Positions 53,011-64,000 of a stretch of DNA of 64,000 nt are shown here, in pieces (positions within the stretch are counted from its first letter, which is position 1; each line of letters begins with the position of its first letter). Origin of the DNA: Lama glama (lineage: Eukaryota); assembly GCA_028534125.1 (NCBI GenBank), contig CM052836.1, positions 9,362,001-9,426,000 of the forward strand. Reading direction: 5' to 3'. Under the pieces are notes generated by a model. That model was not told the DNA's origin, made no database searches, and saw nothing but the letters and a program-made list of their open reading frames with translations. The translations under genes were made by a program, and so were the position numbers.

Positions 53011-56000
53011 TGAAGTGTTCTTTTGGAAAGAATCTGGTCTCGATGCTTCAAAAAGTATTCCTGGAGCCTTGGGCACCTACGCTGGGCTCTCAGGAGCAAG
53101 AGGCTCTTGGGGAGGGAGGCAGAAGGGAGAAGGCCACCCACCCACTTCAAGCACAGCAGCTCCCCTTGCCTCTGGGTCACATGTCCAGCTGCTCTATAAG
53201 GGTTATTTGAACAGAGTGTGGCTTTAAAATTGTTTGGAAAATCAGTCATCCAGCCCAGTGCTCCCTCCACCCTCTCCCTCTCACAAATGGGAAACCGAGG
53301 CCTAGATAAAGACCCCCAGGCACACGGGGTCCGCACCCCAGAGCCCAGAACTCTGGGCCAGGTCCTTCCTCTGTCCACCTCACCTCGTTTCCTGTGGGCA
53401 GATGTTGGTTTACTCCAGGTGTTTCTAAATAGAAATCCTTGTTTTTGAGAACTCTCCAAATCAGATTACTTGGTTCCCTGAAAAATGTTATTTCTTAACA
53501 GGCCAGAATAGCTAGTCATTTAGTGGAAGAGAGTCTAGTGCCTTTAAAACACTCAAGAGAATGGGGCCCCCAAGCGCACAGCACTCGACAGTTTACATGA
53601 GGTTTCCCTTGCTCTGCGTGGCTTCAGGTGCTCCTCACAGCAGCCTCTCAGGTGGCCTTGTCCTGGGAATGGGGGAGAGGGGACAGCGAGACTGAGGCTG
53701 CCACTCACTGTCACATCACCAGAGTGGAGGGGCCAGAACACGGACCCTGGGCTCCTGGCTCCGTGCCCCGCACTTGTGGGACCCAGCAAATAGTACTGAG
53801 ATGAAAAGGGGGTGGGGGCTACAACCCATGTGGGGTGTAAGTGGCCCTGCTGGGTAGTCCTTTTAACAGGTTAAGCAAACCATTGCAAGAAGATGACAGG
53901 AAGGTTCTATGAGTGCCTGGTGGAAGGAAGCGAGGAGGAGAAACATCTGGCGCTTACGGGGCCGCTGGGCGGATGTATCATCCGTGAGACAGTAACCATG
54001 GTGCCACAGAGGGGAGGTGGCCAGGGGCCCCTGGCTCGAGGTCGGGAGCTCTGTGGCTGATTCACAGGGTAACACTTCAATCTGACAGCAGCTGAACACC
54101 TAAAAATAGCCATCGGGGAGTGTCCAGGAGATCCTGGGGGAAAGGTGAAATTTGTGGGCAGAAGGACAGGTGCGCAGAGGTCTGACTGGTACCTGCAGGG
54201 ATTTTGTGATGTCTCGGGTCCTCGCTTGGCTCTGAAGGGATCCAGCCATGAGGAAGACAAGGACCTGTTCCCAAAGGGCTCTTAAGTAGGCCTGGTTCCC
54301 AGGAGCGCGCGGGTCCCATCCTCACGCCCACGCGCGGATTCGGAAGCCGGGACAACGCCGCCCACCTTTGTTAGGCCTGGCACGGTGCTCCTGCTTCGCC
54401 ACACAACCGCATTTAGCCCGCATGACAACCCTCAGAAGGAGATTCTGTCACAAATTCTCATCCCTTTGTAGATGAGAAAACCATGGCTGTGAGAGGTGAG
54501 GTCGCCGGCCAAGCTCAGGCACCCAGGACTCCTGCGGGAGCTCCTTGGGTCAATGAGAGAGGTAAGGGTTTGAGGCTGCCAGCCACGCGGAGGGCTGGGG
54601 GTAGAGTCGGAGCTGCCAGCCCCAGATCCCCGGCAGGCTGGGCCCAGACCCCTGTGGCCCCTCTCCCTAGCCACTTGCCGACCCTGTTGTGGAAGGACAG
54701 GCTTTGGAGGAACCAGGCAGTGTCCACTTCACCTCTTGGCTCTGCCTGTGGAATCCCTGGCAGATTATTTAACCTCGCTGAGCCTCAGTTTCATCTTCTT
54801 TAAAATAGACGCAAGGGTACTAGCTCAAAGGGACGCTGAGGACGAGCTGAGATAATGTGCATAAAACTTCAGGCACAGGGTCGTGTGTGCAGCAGGAGGC
54901 CAGTACACGAATGCTCCCTTGCCTTGTCTGGGCCATGGCCGGACAGCATCTCCCTGGGGTCACTGGGGAGTCAGTGTGGGTGCCCAGTCTGCCCCACCAT
55001 CTGCCTCCATTTCCAGTTGGCTTGGCCCCTAGGCCACCAGGTCCCCGTGGGCAGCAGAGGCTGACAGGGGCTGATGGGAGCCAGTCCCAAGGGGTCTGAA
55101 GGCAGATTACTGAGGACTGATGAGGTGAAGGGGACAGCTGCCCGTGAGCTGACAGCATCGCCTGCGGGAAAGGGGAAGCGGGAGGGCGGGGTCCCTAATC
55201 TCTGCCTGATGTCTTCTGGAAGATGAAGGTACCATCCAGGGACGCCTCTGCTGGAGACTTTCTTTCTGTGTCAAGGTCACTCTGAGGCTCTTGGTTAAAA
55301 TTAGCTTCCTGTTCATTGCTCTGGACTGAATGGCCTTTCCCATGAACCACCAGGACCTAGTCTTGCACGGCTGGGCTGGGCTGTGTGCCCTCTGCTCTCC
55401 AGAGAGCAAGTAGAATATGTGTCCTCTGTCCTGGAGGCCGCACAAGAGGGGTGGGGTGTGTGCACGCGAGGGTGTACATGTGCGTGCACGGGTGGGTCTG
55501 CCTGCACGTGTAACTAACCAGACCAGGGCACCTGGAGAGGAGGCTTAATCACAGAATTGTGCAAGCCTTTTGTCATTGGCATTATTTCTTGGCTGTGTTG
55601 CTTCTTTCTCAGCCCCGAGGCTCCTGTGTGAGGTCTGGTGACACCTTACTCATTTCTGGCCCCTGGTGTCAAACAGTAGACCCACCCTATCCCATGGACC
55701 ATCCCTAAGATTAAGAAAAATATGCAGTGCCTCCTGGATCTCAGGTGATCCACACATGCTTATTAAGTAAGTGAAAAAATGATAAAGTAAAATGAGACAT
55801 GGTTTGGCCTGGCAGTTCCTTCTGTTGAGCTGGGCTGTGTCTTTTTTCTACCACATCCCTGGCCCCAACACAGAACCTGGAATGCAGGAAGTTTTCAGTC
55901 AAATAGATGAATGAAGGGGGACAAGTTGCTATTTTGCTCTTTGCCCACATCCCATAGATAGTAAGGTATTAAAGCCAAAACAACATGAGCCCAGTTGGGG

Positions 56001-56379
56001 CTTTGGCAAGGATGGTTTGAGCCGCATCAGAAAGGGGCTGAGACTGGGAAGAAAAGAGTCAGTGGTCATGGCTCTGGGGGCTGGCATCCTGCTCAGTCGA
56101 GGGGCCTTCTGCAAGTCAGCCAGCTCCTTGAGGCTGAGTCCTCCCTCGTCAGGTGCACCCACTAAGCAGTGGCCTCGCCTGGAACAGATAAGAGGGCCGG
56201 TGCCTCTCCACTCCTCTGTGGAAGGCCCAGCACATGATAAGCATTCAATAAAAGGGTGACTATTAATATCTTTATTGGATCTCTGCAGGAGAAATGCGGG
56301 CTAGCCATCCAGAAGCATAGGGTGGAGTAGCTGTTAACCCCACATAGGATGTGAGAGCTTAGGGAAGATATATGAACAA

Positions 56380-57180
56380 GTTTAAATGTGTGTCACAAGG
56401 GGAGAAAATATTTGCAGTACCTGTGATACTGCAAAGGGAACTTAAGGAATCCTTGTTTCTAAACAACCCAAAGACTCGTGGACAAAGGACTGACCCGGGC
56501 TCGGCTGGCTGTACTGCTAGTGTTCAGTAATGTTTGTGACAATGTGGGGGGGGGTGTTACCCTCCTCTGGTGCTCATGGGAGTGTCATTTGATCAAGCCT
56601 TTTGGGGAGCATTTTGGGCAGGACCACTCAAAATCCGGGATGCCTATATTCAGTGGTGGAGCAACTGCGCTTCTAGAAAACTCCCCTCCCCTCAACATGC
56701 CCTCGTCCTCAGAGGTGCACGTACAATGCCCTTCACGGCCACGTGCCATCGTGGCAAACCACAAATGCTGAAAACAACTTGAAGGTATGACAGCAGGGAA
56801 GATATACGTAAATTAAGGCACGTGTGTTTTGAACGAATGGGGCACGTCCATTCGATGTGGAAACAGACCCAAGACACGTCTGGTGGTCAGGGTTGGGTAG
56901 GTGGTCAGGATGGTGCAGAAAAACGCATATGGCATGATTCACACACATGCACGCACATACACGCACACACAATTTTGAACTGATCACACACCCACTTACA
57001 TGTGTGTAAATGTGCAGCAAAGGGACCAGAATGACACTCACCAAAGAGAGCCCTGCCTGACCTGGGGTCGGGATGAGGGGCTCATGGGTGGAAAAGGGAG
57101 GGGCTCACAGTTTATCCTGTCCTCTGATGGTCAAATCTTTTAGAATGAGAATGCATTAATGCATTTGGAGGAAAAAAAAG
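56380..57180 (+). mobile_element. Degraded old L1 3' fragment
   Basis: ggagaaaatatttgca...gccttttggggagcatttt...gaaaacaacttgaa. Confidence 0.45.
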
Positions 57181-60100
57181 CCAGGCAGGTCAGTGATGGA
57201 TTGCTCGATGCAATTGTGCCTGGTGGCAGGGAAGGGATGACGTGACCCCCGGGTTGAGTCCCGCCCTGGGGCTCTAAGCAGCCTCCTGACCGCTGCGCTT
57301 CATTTACCGCCCCCTCCTCAATTCCAGCCCATTTCCTCTCCAGATAGCACCCCCACCAGGTTATCAGCCACACCTTTAATGTGCCGTCACTAGGCTTATC
57401 TTCCCTGTGCCAAGGGAGGCTGGTGGGAGGTCCAGGGAGGCTGGATGATGGTGACCAAGCCCCTCCCTTCAGCCCAGACCAGCATCCTAATGGGGTGGGG
57501 GTGGGGGTGGGGGCATGACTTCCCACCAGCAGCGTCCCCTTCCTCCACGACGCTGACATCCCTGTGAGTCTCCAGGCCGCCCTCTCTCCCTGTGATAAGG
57601 GTAGCCATGCTCCACTCAGAATGCACTGCCTGCTTACCATGGGCCCGCCACTGCGCTGGGTGGTAAGCCTGCCTTTGTGCCTCTTAATCTTTACACCATT
57701 CTAACAAAGAGGTACTGGGGTGCCCGCTTCATGAATGAGGAAACACTCAGAGATATTAAGTGACCAAGGTCACCAGCAAACATATGGTAAAACCAGGATT
57801 TGGATGCAGGCCACGGCATGGACACCTGCCTGGAAAGCAGGGGGTCCCAGTGGACTGGTCAAATCCAGCCTGGAGTCCCCTACCAGGTGCCCAGGACCCC
57901 AGCAGTAACTCATTCTGAGCCTTGGCAGTGGGTGAAGGACCCTCTCCACTTGGCAGGGGGGCTCACAGAGGTGTCATTACACTTGAGCCCCCTAATTGAG
58001 AATTGTGTCTCCTGGCTTTTTGAGGGAGTAAGTCAGCTGGAAAGAGCCTTTCGTGGGATCAGAGACCTGGCGGGCCTCCCTGAACCTCCGTCGTGCCTCT
58101 TACCAGCCTCACTTTCCTCATCTGTAAAACAAGTGTAGTGAAAGTCCCTGTGGGAGGAAAAGAGGTGTCAGTGCAGGTCACGCCCTTGGGAGTCAAGGAA
58201 ATGGGGGTCAGACCTGAGGCTTCCCCGTCGTCTTCATCATCGTCATCACTTGTGCCCATCTCTGGGCCTCAGTTTCCTCATTTGTAAAATTAAGAGGAAA
58301 GGCTAGATGATCTTTTAGGTTTCTTCCAACTCTGCCTATAATCCCGACTGGCCAAGGTGAAGTTTATTTTGTTCCCTCCTAGAGGAAATAGGATTTGCCA
58401 AACCAGCATAAATGGAACGGCAGAGATTTCCCAGTCCTTCCCCAGAGCGGGGAACACAGCTGGGAAAGGCTTCGGAGAACCTCTGGGAACCCGCAGAGCA
58501 TGCTCAGCACGGATCTACTTTCTGGAAGCAGTTCGCTGGCAATGCCATGAGTGTACCCTGAGTCATCCTGAAAGGATCAGGACAGTCATACTTTTAAAAC
58601 TGTCAACTTTCCAACACAGCTTCCGAGAGCCAGGCCCACCTTCGCCCACTCGAAAGGGCTGGCCTGGCTGAACGGGAGGGGAGCCCAGCGGTAGAGCATC
58701 TCAGAAGTGACAGGGAGCCTGGGACCTGGAGAGCTTTGGAAAACTGGATAAAAGGAGCAAGACCCTGTGGTGTTTGGAGAAGCCCCATGGATTTTCAGGG
58801 GCTTGGCACCTGCTCCCAGCGCCATGCCTACTTAGTTAGGCAACCTCGGCTCCGTCCAGGGAGGGTCCTGATGCCACCTGTGAGCAGAGCGAGCTGTTCC
58901 AGGCCTTTCAACCTAGAAAGGACCCTCAGGCCGGCAGAGCTGGCAGGGCATGGAGCTCCCCTAATCTCTCCTGCCCAGGCCCGACCTCTGTGTGCTTTCT
59001 GGCAAGTTACCTAAATTCTCCAGGCCTCTGTTTTCTCTTGTGAAAACTGCAATCACTTCTGTCTCCTAGGGTGACTGAGGACACTGAGGGCACTTGGAAA
59101 GCTCCCTTCCAGAGTCCCCTAGTTCTCAGGGGTGACAATCAAGACTTAGGGGAGCTGATCTGGGGGAACATCGCCAACTTCCTGGCTCTCCCAGGGTGAC
59201 TCTGCTCCGTTCCACCGGGAGCACTTCCTGGGGTGGTTGAAAGTGCTGGGGACCCCTCCCCAGGAGACCAGGAAAAAAATCAAAGCGTGGTGGGTGTGCC
59301 AAGAGGATGGGTGAGCTACAGGGGAGTGGGTATCACAGAGGGGTGTGTGTTCTGGGGGTGGTCCTACCGTGGGGGTGGGTAGGTCATAGGAAGATGGGGG
59401 TCTGTGAGGGCAGGGTGCCAGGTGCGGGGATGCTGTAAGGGCTGAGGTTCAGGGAGGCCGGGTGGTCATGGGGGTGGGGGTCTTGGATACACTAGAGCAG
59501 AGGGTGGTAGTCTCCTGAGCCTGGAGCCCCCCACCCCCAGCAGATGGGAGCATGCTTTTGAGGCTTCTGGCAAAATAACACCCAGGCAGGCTGGCAGAAG
59601 CAATGGAGCGGGCCCGGGAAGAGGCCGCGGGGAGGCTGAAACCACACAGGTGGTGACTGGTGGTGGCTGGAGGCCCCTGCAGGGCGTCCTCTACAGTCCA
59701 GTGGTGGTGAGGGTGGCTGATGCCTAAATGGGGCCTGCATCTTTGTGGGAACTCTTTCTGAGCTAACATGGGTCTGGGTGACCCAGATTCACCCAGCACA
59801 CACTGAACGAGCACGGATTAGGGGCTTGGAGCTAGGTACTTCCCATGGATCCTGGTTTTGCCTGATGATGTGATATCAGAGCTCCAGCTGGGGCTTCCCA
59901 GCAAATTCTGCTGGGGCAATGTGACCCTCCCAAGCATTAGCTTGCACCATACGAAACTGCCATTTTTGTTGGTCAAAAATAATTGAATATTAGCAGTTTC
60001 ATGTGGTTCAACCTAATAGTATTTGGGAAAAATCTTTTTTAAAAAGGGACAGAGGTGGGGGAGGGGGACTGCTGGAGGAAGTGACCTCTGTCTGGCTCAA

Positions 60101-63100
60101 GGATTCTGTGATTTGTTCTTTGAGTTTAATTCAACTGCGATCAGCCTTAATCGGACTGGCTGGGACCCACCATGACCACCCCCCACCCTCCTCAGGGAGG
60201 TGATGTGTGGACAAGTACTTTCCCCTGCGGCTGGGCGAGCCCTAATGCTATGGGTGGATGGTGGTGTCCCCTGGGGGTGGAGCTGGGGTGGGACCGGTGG
60301 TAGGTAGTCTCCCCACTGACACCGAAAGCCTCAGCCCTGTCCTGCCTGGTCTCTCTGGGTTCATTATGTCCCTCAGGGATTCCTGACCCCAGGCGTTGAT
60401 GTAAAGGCTTGGCGGGAATTCCAGTGGCCTTCGGTCCCCAGCAGTCGAGTGAGGTGGGGGCTCTGGACCCCACACACCTGGAGGACAATCCCGAGGCTGT
60501 CACTTCCCAGGTGGGGAGTGCCCCCGGGCAAGGCACTTGCCCCTCTCTGTTGCATCCCTCAGTTTCCTCAGCTGTGGAATCTGGACAATACCTGGACCTC
60601 CCTCCAGGGCTATGATGAGGGGGAGTGAGGTCGCGTTTGGGACGTGCCCAGGAGATGTCAGCCAGCGTCTGCATTACTGTCTAGGCGAGCAGCGGGCCTT
60701 TAGTGAGCACCACCTGTGTGGAGCCAGCACTGGTCCAGGGGCCTCAGGGAACCTGCCCTAGGTTCCCTCTTTGCTCCACCCCCCGCCCTTGTCCGGGCTG
60801 CACTGTGGGTGGTCCTGGGCCCACCGCAGCACTGAATCCCTGTGATAACTCTGGGGTCACGGGGGTCAGCCCGGGGCCAGCAGCTGCTCAGGCATCCGGA
60901 TCTCTCCACGCTCCCTGCTGATGGGGGAGCCGTGTTGGAGGCCGGGGGCTCTCATCTAAGAAACGATGTTGTAAACACCGGGATGGTCATGGCAGCATCC
61001 GCAGCAAATCTGGATAAGCCAGGAAGCATCTTTCCCTCTGCCGGGAGCTACAGGCATGGTCCCTGGGATGGGCCACCGGGGCTGTCCGGTCTGTGACATC
61101 TGTCAGCGATGCTCAGAGCCCGTGAGGCCCAGTGAGGGCAGCTCTGAGGAGCCTGGGCTGTGTAGGCCACCATTTGGGGGTCTCTCTCTGACAAGGATGT
61201 TTCCAAGAGACAAACTGTGGCCAATTAGCAATTGTCATGTCCCACGGGGACCTGGGGAAGCAACTGTGCAGCAAAAGGGCACATGGGAAAACGTATCATT
61301 CAAATGACCTTGACTCAGCCCATGGTTCATTAAGCAGTCAGTGTTCATCCACACAGACTGGCTGTGTTGTCCAGACCCTAGGAACGTGGACACCCAGGAG
61401 ACAGTCCCCGTCCACCGGAAACACACTGCGTGGGGCACAGCACGGGCAGTTGGCTTAGTAAGGGCTGTGTAATTCCACAAAGCAACTGAGTAGGAGTTGG
61501 CCTAGCAGACAGCGTTGGGTGCTGGGGACACACAGAAGAGGGCCCCCACCCCGGGCTGGCAGAGGGAGAGGGCTCCCCAAGGGCCATCTCCCATTTCTCT
61601 TGAAGGGATTACTTACACTCTGCCCTCACCTCTTTACAACATCCTTTCATTCTCTGTCCAGAACTTGTTCCTCCAGATCAGACACTTGCTCACACATGCC
61701 CACCTCCCCTCTCATCTCCTGCATCTCTGCCTGAGCTCAAGGCCAGTTTTTTCAGGGAAACCTCTCCCTCTTCCTATCTTGCCTTCTCTTGTTCTTTTCC
61801 ATATTTTACTCTGAGACAGGGGAGATCTTCTTAAATGACCACAATCATAACGAATAAAATAAAGCAAAGGAGCTGTATGAATGGAAAGATAACATAGTAT
61901 TTTTGCAGCTAAGCATGATTTTTTAAAGGCAGGACAAAGTCGTCACTCTCCACAGCTTAGCACTCAGAGGGACTCAGGGGAGAGGGACTTGGGACTCAGG
62001 AGAGAGGGGCTCACTCAGGAGAGAGCCCTCAGGGGCATGCAGAAATTTCCATCTACCTCTTCACTGTCTTCTGATTAAAAATCTATGTCTCCTCAGGAAC
62101 TAGCCTTTAGAAAGGAAAAGGATTACTTCGTCAACTCTATTGTTTTGTTCATTTAAATTATGAATTTGCAGCAGCATCTACTTTTTGTTGCAAATATGTA
62201 TCATTTTAGGCAATGAGTGGAAATAGATCTGGGGGTCTGGGGGATTGGAAGTGTTACACTGTCCACAGGGAAGTGTGTTATTATTTCTAAATGAACCCAT
62301 CCATAAGTAGGCCGGATTTTTTTTAAGCTTTAAGGCTGAGACGAGGTCTGTGGGGACAGATGGAGGTGTGATGGCGTCAGCGAATCCTGTCTGCTTCACA
62401 CGAGGAAGAAGAAGACGCACTCAGTGGATTGAGCGCTTCCTTCTACAGCTACTAACCACGAGCCCAGCACTGGACCGAGGGACCCAGGGGCCAAGGGGCA
62501 AAGCCAGAGCAGCTGGGGGGACCAGTCCCTCTCCGAGCAGCCGTGCTGTCTTCCTAGCCCGAGCAGGGCCCTCTAAGAACGAGACACAAGGCCTCCCTGG
62601 CAGTCCCACAGGTGGGTACCACGTGATGCCATGTCCAAGTGAGGCTTCCGGTGTGAAGCCAGCACGGACCGCGCCGTTACCGGGAGGCTCCCCTGGAGGG
62701 CACGCAAGTTAGGAAACCAGAATAATCTTTGCTGGCACCAGTACAGCTTGGCATTCGAACTCCAGGTTTGCATCTACGAAGGATGCTTTCTGTGCTGTGG
62801 TCCTGGGGGAGCTGGGGCAGCAGGTGCCCTTCTGTCCCAGTCTCTCTGTGTCTCACTCTGTCTGTTTCTCTCTCTCACACACACACCCAAACCTAAGACC
62901 TCTCCTTATTTGGGTGGTGTATGGTGGCCCGTGTCCTCCCACAGGCCAGGAGAGCGTCAGGCCCCTTCGGGGACACTTTGCTCCTCTGTTGGCGGAGTGA
63001 CCTCCCTGAAAGTCGAGGGCAATTTCACGTGAGCAGGAACTCCCGGGACACCTTTCTCCCCCGGGGGACCCCAGGGAGCGCACTCCTGCCTGGGACAGAC

Positions 63101-64000
63101 ACATGGGGGGACAAGATGGCCACTACAGAGGTGACAGGCTGGGCTCTAGGTGAGCGTTTAGGCTTGCGATTTTTAAGAGAGAATTGAGGACTTTAAGTTT
63201 CTCTTCTTGCCCATCTCTGTCCCCATTTCTGCCCCCGCTGCTCTCAGGCCACGCATTCCTACATCGTGCCTGTTGACCTCGCGGGGTCCCTGCAGAAGTA
63301 AGTCGCCTGGGGTTCCGGGAAGGGCCTCTTGAACCCGCTTCTCTGCACGGCTCTTGTCATCAGGCTGAGAAAGCATCAACTGTCTGCGTGGAAGGTTGGG
63401 GTGCTGCTGGAGGCGGGAGCCCAGGCCCCACACCCCCTACCCCGCGTGGTCTAGCTCTTGCTCTGCTCCCAGCCCTGCCTCCCGGCCTCCATCCCTGCAC
63501 AGGGCCGCCCTCCTCTGCCTCGCAGCTCTCCTGTCCCCAGGGTGGCTATCTGACCGTCCGTTGGCGGCACAGAGCATTTGTCAGCTCTAATGGATGTCCA
63601 AGTCCCAGCCCTGACATGTTTTATGCGTCCCCAGAGCCTTTGATCTCCTTGTCTGCGTACGTAAATGAGAGGATTACCGAGCCATCCAGAACAGGGCACC
63701 AAAAATGTCTTTCCCTGAGGTGCTTTCGCCTGCAGCAGATAAGAGTAATAAGCCGAAATCCCGGGAGCCATTAGGGCCCCGGGCTTGAGGGTAACTTCAC
63801 TCAGGGAGAAATGGTTCAGGGCGACTGGCCTCGAAGGCGTTCCCTGTCACGACTCCCCAATATTGTTTATATCTGGGTGATGTGGATAAAGAAACCGGTC
63901 ACTTCTGGCACCGCCCTACCTCCCTGAAGTTTACAAGCAACTGTGACTGACGATTGCCAAGGCTGCCTGGACTGACTTGGGGGTGGCATATGGTTACTGT

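Overview
Mammalian genomic DNA, most likely a camelid (two tRNA-Ala-derived Vic-1-like SINEs). It contains one complete + strand protein-coding gene, BLK (B-lymphoid Src-family tyrosine kinase). The gene has a non-coding exon 1 ending at 9411 in a CpG-rich TATA-less promoter, a ~26.6 kb first intron and 12 coding exons (35975-51862). All junctions are GT-AG and phase-consistent, giving 1506 nt = 501 aa + stop (SH4-unique-SH3-SH2-kinase-Tyr tail). AATAAA is at 52458. The remainder is intronic or intergenic sequence with old mammalian repeats (L1, L2, MIR, MaLR LTRs, hAT and Tc-Mariner fossils), several CpG-rich patches and two N gaps. I found no evidence for a new multi-gene system; nearly all ORFs in the track are spurious. 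The most noteworthy items are a Gly in place of the Src-family Ala just before DFG, a strong-context uORF 12 nt before the BLK start, dense B-cell enhancer motif clusters (including a double AP-1/IRF composite), a perfect CTCF core plus a G-run tract just after the poly(A) signal, and a tiny mRNA 3'-end retrocopy. Repeat family names and comparisons to human BLK are from memory and need confirmation with RepeatMasker and alignments.
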